From IMG/VR virus record IMGVR_UViG_3300002092_000192, positions 1-24,332 of that record: 24,332 bases of DNA; one strand, 5' to 3'. Below the pieces are notes generated by a model. It was not told the DNA's origin, did no database searches, and saw only the letters and a list, made by a program, of their open reading frames with translations. Below, piece by piece: positions 16,498-23,271 of the stretch. The stretch is from a virus. Taxonomy: Duplodnaviria > Caudoviricetes. The translations under genes were made by a program, and so were the position numbers. Position 1 is the stretch's first letter, and every line of letters starts with the position of its first letter.

Positions 16498-18101
16498 TGA
16501 CAAGAAAGATTAACTCCATATTAATAGTGGGTGGTGGATCAAGTGGTTGGATGACTGCTGCGGCAATTGCTAAACAGTTACCCAACATTAAGTTGACACT
16601 GATTGAAAGCCCCAACGTGCCAATAATTGGTGTTGGTGAAAGCACCATTGGGCATATTAATAACTATCTTCACCTATTGGGAATTAAAGATGAAGATTGG
16701 ATGCCTCATTGTAATGCCACCTATAAGACAAGTATTAAGTTTATCGACTTTAGAGAAAATCCTACTGAAACGCCACACAAGTTTCATTATCCATTTGGAC
16801 GATTTGATTTTCAGGACAAACCCAGGCAGTTAATGGATTGGTTTTTAATTAAAGCACATAATCCTGACATTGATTGTAGTAACTTTGCTGAGTTTTTTCA
16901 TGATAGTGTTATGATGACAGATGCAAATAAACTTACTCGCAATGAAGATGGTGCTGTTAGAAATTTTAATTTTAAAACAGACACAGCTTATCACATGGAT
17001 GCAACTGCATTTGGTGGTTACCTACGTGATCACATATGTCTTCCAGCTGGTATGACACATATAGTTGACGACGTTGTGGGTAATAGTATTAATAAAGATG
17101 GCGAAATTGCATATATTATTTCTAAAAATTCAGGTGAGTTAGAAGCAGATCTATACATTGATTGTACTGGTTTCAAAAGTTTACTATTGGAACAAGCAAT
17201 GAAAGTTCCATTTAAAAGTTTTAAAGATACTCTCTTTAATGACCGTGCAATAGCAACAACTATACCCTATATTGATAAACCCAGCGAGATGGAGAATTAT
17301 ACTAGCTGTACTGCTATTGAAAGTGGATGGGTTTGGAATATTCCATTATGGCATCGCATTGGAACTGGATATGTTTATAGCAGTGATTTTGCAACGGAAG
17401 CAGAAGCTGAGGAACAGTTTAGGCGTCATCTTAAATCAAATCGTATGATATTTCCAGATGCTGATAGAGCAGATGCAGCAGAATTTAGGCATATTAAAAT
17501 CAAGCATGGTGTTCATAGTCATGCATGGGAAAAAAATGTTGTTGCTGTTGGGTTGTCAAATGGATTTATTGAACCATTGGAATCAACTGGGTTAATGCTT
17601 ACACATGAAGCCCTAGTTAAGGTCATTAATATGTTAAAGATGCGTGACGGACGTGTAACTCAATTTGATATTGATTTGTTTAACCATGCATTCAATGAAG
17701 AGATCAAAGGTTTCAAAGATTTTATCAGTCAGCATTATTCTCATAGTATGAGAGATGATACTCCTTATTGGAAAGCAGTAACTAGTCATAAGTTTAATGA
17801 GAATATGAATAATATGGTTCCTGAATTATATACAGCCTATACTGATATAGCTATTAGATTACATAGGAATCGAAGCTTTGATACAGGTATGAGTGGCATC
17901 GTTTACATTGCTGCTGGCATGGGGTATAATCCAATTGACGTATCACATGCTGCAATGATGGATGAACAATTCGGCGAATTGCCAGGTTATAGGGAAGTAA
18001 TTCACAAGCAATGGTTAGAACATAGGGATCAAGTGTTACAACATATTGAAACACTGCCAACACATTATCAGTTTCTTAAAGACAACATACACAATAAATA
18101 A
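16497..18101 (+). CDS. Flavin-dependent halogenase, tryptophan halogenase (PrnA/RebH) family
   Basis: GGGSSG FAD motif, IGVGEST, CNATYK (PrnA K79-equivalent Lys), AYHMDA, DLYIDCTGF, WVWNIP (WxWxIP) and FIEPLESTG (E346-equivalent). TAATG overlap with the U32 gene. Confidence 0.92.
   Translation: MTRKINSILIVGGGSSGWMTAAAIAKQLPNIKLTLIESPNVPIIGVGESTIGHINNYLHLLGIKDEDWMPHCNATYKTSIKFIDFRENPTETPHKFHYPFGRFDFQDKPRQLMDWFLIKAHNPDIDCSNFAEFFHDSVMMTDANKLTRNEDGAVRNFNFKTDTAYHMDATAFGGYLRDHICLPAGMTHIVDDVVGNSINKDGEIAYIISKNSGELEADLYIDCTGFKSLLLEQAMKVPFKSFKDTLFNDRAIATTIPYIDKPSEMENYTSCTAIESGWVWNIPLWHRIGTGYVYSSDFATEAEAEEQFRRHLKSNRMIFPDADRADAAEFRHIKIKHGVHSHAWEKNVVAVGLSNGFIEPLESTGLMLTHEALVKVINMLKMRDGRVTQFDIDLFNHAFNEEIKGFKDFISQHYSHSMRDDTPYWKAVTSHKFNENMNNMVPELYTAYTDIAIRLHRNRSFDTGMSGIVYIAAGMGYNPIDVSHAAMMDEQFGELPGYREVIHKQWLEHRDQVLQHIETLPTHYQFLKDNIHNK
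18095..18100 (+). promoter_or_regulatory. Putative late promoter core (TAAATA) directly upstream of ATG 18106
   Basis: ATAAATA overlaps the end of the halogenase gene and lies 5 nt before an ATG that has no SD. Confidence 0.45.
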
Positions 18102-18105
18102 TTCA

Positions 18106-18819
18106 ATGGAACTTACAACACCCAAATACAGAACTGATTATATAGGCGAAACTATCAATACTATTAGGGATGGCAAAACTATAAGTTATTTTGTCAACCC
18201 TAGGGATAACATATTCATTCCATCAAATGTTGACAGCGCAATAGTATTGGGTAATGGTATTACTCGTAGTAATCCACAAGTACAAAATTTAATTGGAGCA
18301 AATGCTAATAAGGTCGGTGCAAGCTATAAACTTGTTTATGCTTGTAACCGTGCAATCAGTGATCCCATAACTTACGACTATTATGTACTAAAGCATAGAG
18401 TGTTCTTAGCTGAAACACCACTTAATAGACTTAATCAAGTATACTTGCCCTACGATGCGTTTCTTGATTATAAAGACACATGCAACTTATTGCCCTACGT
18501 TAGTCATCTGGACAGTGGTGCATCTGCTGCTTACCTTGCTGCATTTGATGGTCATAAAAAAGTATTCCTATTTGGATTTGATGGTTACATAGGCACTTGG
18601 CGTACAATGTATGACGGCAGATTCCCATATGAAAATGGTGATACCAATATAGATTACAAGGTCTGGGACGACTTTATGTACAATGTTATTAGTGTATACA
18701 AGGATACAGAGTTTTATCGTATACAACTAGATGGGCAAGAAGCACCAGATCGTTGGCAAGCTTTACCAAATTTTCAAGATGTCACAATTAGACAAGCAGT
18801 ACTGCTAGGCGATTTCTAA
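18106..18819 (+). CDS. Maf/DUF115- or sialyltransferase-like Rossmann-fold protein (putative glycosyltransferase)
   Basis: AIVLGNG.TR, YACNRA and DSGASAAYLAAFDGHKKVFLFGFD match the G.GPS / N.A / SG..A..LA...G...I.L.GFD pattern of these families. ATG 18106 preferred over the overlapping TTG 18046. Confidence 0.5.
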   Translation: MELTTPKYRTDYIGETINTIRDGKTISYFVNPRDNIFIPSNVDSAIVLGNGITRSNPQVQNLIGANANKVGASYKLVYACNRAISDPITYDYYVLKHRVFLAETPLNRLNQVYLPYDAFLDYKDTCNLLPYVSHLDSGASAAYLAAFDGHKKVFLFGFDGYIGTWRTMYDGRFPYENGDTNIDYKVWDDFMYNVISVYKDTEFYRIQLDGQEAPDRWQALPNFQDVTIRQAVLLGDF

Positions 18820-19251
18820 TATATCCTTAAGTGTATTAAGCTTCTGTTGAATGTCATCATTATTCAAACTGCTCCACAATCCAGGATGTAGTGGCTTGGG
18901 AAAGCTATCAACTTGACACCAGCAATACCCTTTATGCTCATCACTTAGCTTGGGTATGAACTCTTCTTCAATTAAACAGATGAATGTGTGGTATTCAAAT
19001 TTACCATCATCACTGCGAAATAATTCCAGTGGAATAGTTTTGATAAGGTCAACGGCGACTCCAACTTCTTCAAGTATTTCTCTGTTGAGAGCCTGCATAA
19101 CAGTTTCTTTATTCTCAACTTTGCCGCCTACTAGTCCCCACGTATCTTTGTGAGTGTCATTATCACGCAATAAAAACAAACTTCGTCGTGTATCATTAGC
19201 TAACAGTATTGCACCACATGCTTTGAATAGTTTTATATTATTAGGAGCCAC
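18805..19251 (-). CDS. Nudix hydrolase
   Basis: Nudix box GGKVENKETVMQALNREILEEVG (GX5EX7REUXEEXG), plus LSDEH..Y.W and PLHPGL. Start uncertain: GTG 19251 preferred, ORF track gives 19305. Confidence 0.88.
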   Translation of the reverse strand: MAPNNIKLFKACGAILLANDTRRSLFLLRDNDTHKDTWGLVGGKVENKETVMQALNREILEEVGVAVDLIKTIPLELFRSDDGKFEYHTFICLIEEEFIPKLSDEHKGYCWCQVDSFPKPLHPGLWSSLNNDDIQQKLNTLKDILEIA

Positions 19252-20657
19252 AGGCCTTCCTTGTACAGACCCTCCCAGCTTTTTTGCCAATTTCCGTTCA
19301 GCCATTTAAATTGAACCCCACTGTATAGATTTGTGACGTAAGGAACTTCGTCCGCATCTGTAATTGAATTATATATTGTCGTGGTATTTTCACTATCAAA
19401 TACCACATTCCAATGACTTCCATCATACTGTATTATATCATTTGGATTAGCAAACACCGGTGAATTATCAGCATTTCGCCAACCAGTTGGATTGTTATTT
19501 GGTGCATTGGTAGGATTACCAATTCTATTGTTAATAATAAGATAACGCTGGCCATTAGCCGCAGCAGGTAAATTAGTACCCGGCGCAGCAGACAAAGGAT
19601 CAATAATATTGTTTACAGGAGCTAGGTTGTTGCTGGGTATAGTAGATGTATCAACATTGAATAATAACACACTGTCGTCGGTTGGATCATATGAAATAGT
19701 ACCAACAACAAAAGTATTTGTGGCATCGTCAACAAATGCCATTTGGCTTACGCCATTGGTTATTTCACCTATATAGTTGATTACACCACGCCATGGCACT
19801 GGATCATTGGTTGGTTCAGGAACAGTTAGTAGCGTATCAGTGCCTTTCTTTGGCTGCTTACTTAGGACTACTTGCCCACCTGCGACAATAGCATTATAGC
19901 CACTGGGTGTAAAGTATTGGCGATTACCTAGTAGCTCATACTGTTGTAGTATAGCATCCGCCAAATTACCATGTGCGTCATATAGACTTGCAACGATACT
20001 TGTTACTGCATTAAGCTTCTTAACCTTTGCAGGTGCGCTGATGTAAACAGGTATTTCAAATGTCATTGTTGCTACGTCAATTGGATCATCAGTTCCAACT
20101 GGTATGCTTCTGCTGCTAAAAGTTGTATCAGTTAACTGTATCCAACTCAAGCTGGTCCAATCAATATAGTTTTCAGTTGATTGAATTTCCAAACTGGGAT
20201 TAAACATGACAGCAATCTGTTCCCATAGTTGTAGCTTTTGATCAATGTTACTGGTATAGATATCCAGCTTTAGATCCAGTCTATAGGGAACAGGCATCAA
20301 GCGTTCCACTGTCATTACATTCTTTTGATATGTTTTTAATTCCCCAGTGTCGGGATCAATAGCACGTTCACGTACTGATTTCTTCTCAAAGAATGTAGGG
20401 TTTTGTATATGTTCACGATGGTACTTTAAGTTTTCAACGTAAACAACCATCATGGGAACATTATTAAGCATGTTCTCACTGTTGTTGCGAAGTATTGCTG
20501 AGCCCACTCTATTGTTATCAGCGTAACGAACAGGCACTGTCAAATATATGAGATTTCCATTGGCATCTTTGCCGTACTCAACTTGAAATTGGCTAAAGTA
20601 TCTAATGAACTGTAAAATAAATCTGCGTATCTGCGCATCGTAAAAATATTCAGCCAT
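19233..20657 (-). CDS. T4 gp15-like tail terminator / tail sheath stabilizer with C-terminal extension
   Basis: YFYDAQIRRF...F.....VPVRY...PVPYRL...LDIYT...QL.EQI..MFNP parallels T4 gp15. AAGGA RBS; lies downstream of a gp14-like gene. Confidence 0.75.
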   Translation of the reverse strand: MAEYFYDAQIRRFILQFIRYFSQFQVEYGKDANGNLIYLTVPVRYADNNRVGSAILRNNSENMLNNVPMMVVYVENLKYHREHIQNPTFFEKKSVRERAIDPDTGELKTYQKNVMTVERLMPVPYRLDLKLDIYTSNIDQKLQLWEQIAVMFNPSLEIQSTENYIDWTSLSWIQLTDTTFSSRSIPVGTDDPIDVATMTFEIPVYISAPAKVKKLNAVTSIVASLYDAHGNLADAILQQYELLGNRQYFTPSGYNAIVAGGQVVLSKQPKKGTDTLLTVPEPTNDPVPWRGVINYIGEITNGVSQMAFVDDATNTFVVGTISYDPTDDSVLLFNVDTSTIPSNNLAPVNNIIDPLSAAPGTNLPAAANGQRYLIINNRIGNPTNAPNNNPTGWRNADNSPVFANPNDIIQYDGSHWNVVFDSENTTTIYNSITDADEVPYVTNLYSGVQFKWLNGNWQKSWEGLYKEGLWLLII

Positions 20658-20665
20658 CGTTATCC

Positions 20666-21811
20666 TTAATAGTCACTCTTAGGCGACAGTATCTTACTCA
20701 ATGCTTGCTTTTGTGGAACAACCTTACCACTACTTAGTGTTGTAGTTGCTGGGTTGTTGACAAATGTTCCAGTCTGAGTCTGATTCACATTGCCAGTTAA
20801 TGGTCCGCGACTTACTTGGTTTACAATACCCCAACGAACACCACTCCAACGATACAATACATTTGGAAACATATCAGTACGCAATACGTATTCGCCGGTA
20901 ACTGGATTTTCAGGAAACCTAGTCAAGCTACGAACAGGGAACCCATTGGGTGCAACAACATCACCGCTCAAATATGATTTCAAAGTGGAAGTAGGAGTAA
21001 TGACATTGGAGTTCAATATACTACCATTTGCACTAATAGCATTTTGTAAACTTGTGCCGTTGGCATCCACTGGTAGTATAAAATACTTTGAAGTATCATA
21101 GCCGCTCTTGGGAACTTCCAACTCAGCTTGCTCAACAATAGCTTCTGATATCTGCAAGTTCTTTAGATAAGGACTCATAATATCCCTCAATGAATTACCT
21201 GTTTCATTGCCATCACTATCAACAGCAGCTTGATCCAGGATGTCTTTAAACTCCTGACCATCAACCATTGGAACAACTTTAACTCTATATAGGTGCGGCC
21301 ACCAGGTTTGACTGTAGCCTTCTGCCGCTCGTAATATTTCACTTACAACATAAAACTTTTTAAGACTGGCTGGCATAGTCTCGTCCAGTGGCCAGTAATC
21401 CCTCATGTTGGGCATTTCAAGAACATCACCTGCAATAAGCTTGCGTCCAATGCGTTCAATCATATCATTGATATGGAATGTTATGAACAGTGTATCATTA
21501 TTGAGGAACATACCAAATTGACTTAGGTTAAAGTCATTGTCAGTAAGTGTGTAGTGTCCACGTAGTTTATAAATGTCGGGCTCATACTTGCGATCTCTAT
21601 TCTCAAGGAACAATAGATCCTGTATGTTCTTCTCACTTTGATTTAGGTATGTGGGTTGAGTTGCATCAGTGCTTGTGTTTGTAGTTTTAACACCCAGTAA
21701 CTTATGTATCCAAATACCAACACCACCAGCAGTGAACATTTCTCTGATGCGATTATCAAAGAACTTATAATCGTTGCCGTGATTTTCTTTCCATAAACTA
21801 ATTCTTCCCAA
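20666..21811 (-). CDS. T4 gp14-like neck protein with C-terminal extension
   Basis: QDLLFLENRDRKY, LSQFGMFL..DTLFITFH and GDVLEMP resemble gp14-type neck proteins. TTG start with AGGAG RBS; adjacent to the gp15-like gene. Confidence 0.62.
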   Translation of the reverse strand: MGRISLWKENHGNDYKFFDNRIREMFTAGGVGIWIHKLLGVKTTNTSTDATQPTYLNQSEKNIQDLLFLENRDRKYEPDIYKLRGHYTLTDNDFNLSQFGMFLNNDTLFITFHINDMIERIGRKLIAGDVLEMPNMRDYWPLDETMPASLKKFYVVSEILRAAEGYSQTWWPHLYRVKVVPMVDGQEFKDILDQAAVDSDGNETGNSLRDIMSPYLKNLQISEAIVEQAELEVPKSGYDTSKYFILPVDANGTSLQNAISANGSILNSNVITPTSTLKSYLSGDVVAPNGFPVRSLTRFPENPVTGEYVLRTDMFPNVLYRWSGVRWGIVNQVSRGPLTGNVNQTQTGTFVNNPATTTLSSGKVVPQKQALSKILSPKSDY

Positions 21812-21831
21812 AATAACAACTCCTGCCCTAT

Positions 21832-21839
21832 TATTTATA
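21832..21839 (-). promoter_or_regulatory. T4-type late promoter TATAAATA for the neck genes
   Basis: Exact TATAAATA on the - strand, overlapping the HNH stop codon, about 20 nt upstream of the gp14-like start. Confidence 0.7.
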
Positions 21840-22527
21840 GTATAATAGACTTACAGTTGTTGCTATGATACCTTTTATAATTGCCTAATCCAGTTCCTTC
21901 TTTCCCACAATGTTCACACTTGTAAGGTATTTTAGTAGGACTGTCATAACCATATTTTTCTAAGAATGTTGCCTTCATTTTTTCTCTAACACCTGGTTTT
22001 TTGTTAGCATTATTTTCGCCTCGTAATTTTAAATTTGGCCCTGTTTTTTTGTTACCATTTTTAAATTTCTGTTTTGTTTCTTCGCTATAAACTCTGACTA
22101 CATTCCTATGAGCATCTCTCATCTTTTGTTTAGTATCTTCAGAATGTTTTCTGCCAAACATTCCATTGTTTACATTAATCAAATATTGAGATTTTAATTC
22201 ACTGTGATTAGTCTTTAACTGTTCAAATAGTTTAGAATTAATTTTATATCTATTTTGATTTTTATTTTGTCTCCAAAGCATACAGCTAAAAGCGTTATAC
22301 ATTTGATATCGAGGCCTTGTTCCTTCTACCATTTTAGTAAGTAACCAATGGCAAATAAAATGTTCTCTTGCTGTTAATTTTACTAAATTATCTTTAGAGT
22401 TTAATCCGCCTAAACTTTTAGGAATAATATGATGCTTTTCTGTATAAACATCAATACCAATGGCTCGTACTTGCGCTCGAGAAATAATCTGATAATACCA
22501 ACGGGTATATTTGTTTTGTAAATACAT
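21835..22527 (-). mobile_element. Free-standing HNH homing endonuclease with NUMOD3 motif and C-terminal Zn-finger-like motif
   Basis: YTEKHHIIPKSLGG.NSKDNLVKLTAREHFICHWLL (HNH); NGMFGRKHSEDTKQKMR (NUMOD3); CEHCGK...RYHSNNC. Lys-rich and more AT-rich than neighbours. Confidence 0.88.
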
Positions 22528-22594
22528 TTGCTGTTGCTCCTCTTAGCAATAGAGCGATTGGGGACGGCAATCCCGTGAATCGCAAATATATTTA
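22528..22594 (-). promoter_or_regulatory. Late promoter (TAAATA 22589-22594) plus two-hairpin leader occluding the HNH RBS
   Basis: - strand: GCGATT..GGGAT-TGCC-GTCCC..AATCGC nested stem (22554-22583), then TTGCT-AAGAGG-AGCAA hairpin (22534-22549) containing the AGGAG SD. Confidence 0.6.
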
Positions 22595-22597
22595 GTC

Positions 22598-22621
22598 AAA
22601 AAAAGAGGGGCAACGCCCCTC
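22598..22621 (-). terminator. Rho-independent terminator
   Basis: - strand GAGGGGC-GTT-GCCCCTC followed by T7, about 30 nt downstream of the 90-aa gene stop. Confidence 0.88.
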
Positions 22622-22653
22622 AAGTTTACACAGGAGATATGCTTAACCAAAAA

Positions 22654-22926
22654 TCACGCTGCCTTGACAGCAGCCGTTTCGGTCTTAGCCTTGGGAGAAA
22701 CCCCGCCCTTAACACTGGGCTTAACTGCCTGGAAATCTGCATGAGAAGCAATGAATGCAAACGCATCCTCCTTCGTCATTGTATTGGGCAGCTCAATCAT
22801 CTTGATATCAGTCTGGCCAGCCCGCTCCAAAAGCTTGGTACGGTTAGCAATCGTGCCGTTAGCAACACGATACTTGGCAACACCATTCACGCTGGAAACA
22901 CCAGCAATTGCAAACAACTTAGTCAT
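22654..22926 (-). CDS. Hypothetical 90-aa basic protein
   Basis: GGAG RBS, its own promoter and terminator, K/A-rich C-terminal tail. Confidence 0.75.
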   Translation of the reverse strand: MTKLFAIAGVSSVNGVAKYRVANGTIANRTKLLERAGQTDIKMIELPNTMTKEDAFAFIASHADFQAVKPSVKGGVSPKAKTETAAVKAA

Positions 22927-22980
22927 ATTCTACTCTCCATTTGTTATGTATTTTGAGCCCCACGCTCAACTTACTCACTT

Positions 22981-23008
22981 AATATAGCATGGAATGAGCT
23001 TCTGTCAA
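22981..23008 (-). promoter_or_regulatory. sigma70-type promoter (TTGACA-N16-TATATT, extended -10 TGn)
   Basis: Perfect -35 TTGACA at 23003-23008; TGC immediately precedes -10 TATATT at 22981-22986. Confidence 0.7.
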
Positions 23009-23034
23009 CCGGTTATTTCCTTCAATGATTTCAA

Positions 23035-23217
23035 TTACTTGTATTTTTTAGCAATTTCAGCAATTCTGGCTTCCATATACCGAATTACGGTTTGGAGTTC
23101 GGGATCATTTTGGTTTGGTTTGGTTTGGAGGGTGTTTTGGACTTCATAATGGAACGCATATCTAATCATTGTGTCAAGGCTGTAGTTCTCAGTGGCGGCT
23201 GTTGCTTGTGCTTGCAT
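23035..23217 (-). CDS. Hypothetical 60-aa protein
   Basis: GGGAG RBS upstream of ATG; fills the gap between two promoters; sequence looks helical. Confidence 0.6.
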   Translation of the reverse strand: MQAQATAATENYSLDTMIRYAFHYEVQNTLQTKPNQNDPELQTVIRYMEARIAEIAKKYK

Positions 23218-23238
23218 TACTAAACTCCCGTACTATTG

Positions 23239-23267
23239 TTTATAAAGGTTTATGCTGCTGATGTCAA
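23239..23267 (-). promoter_or_regulatory. sigma70-type promoter (TTGACA-N17-TATAAA)
   Basis: Perfect -35 at 23262-23267, 17-nt spacer, -10 TATAAA at 23239-23244. Confidence 0.6.
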
Positions 23268-23271
23268 TGAA

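Noticed and set aside
18046-18105. N-terminal extension of the 257-aa ORF
   Set aside because: It overlaps the halogenase C-terminus; ATG 18106, just after the halogenase stop, is more plausible.
21835-22527. HNH as part of a group I intron or intein
   Set aside because: The flanking genes look complete with their own starts and stops, and the short flanks leave no room for an intron core.
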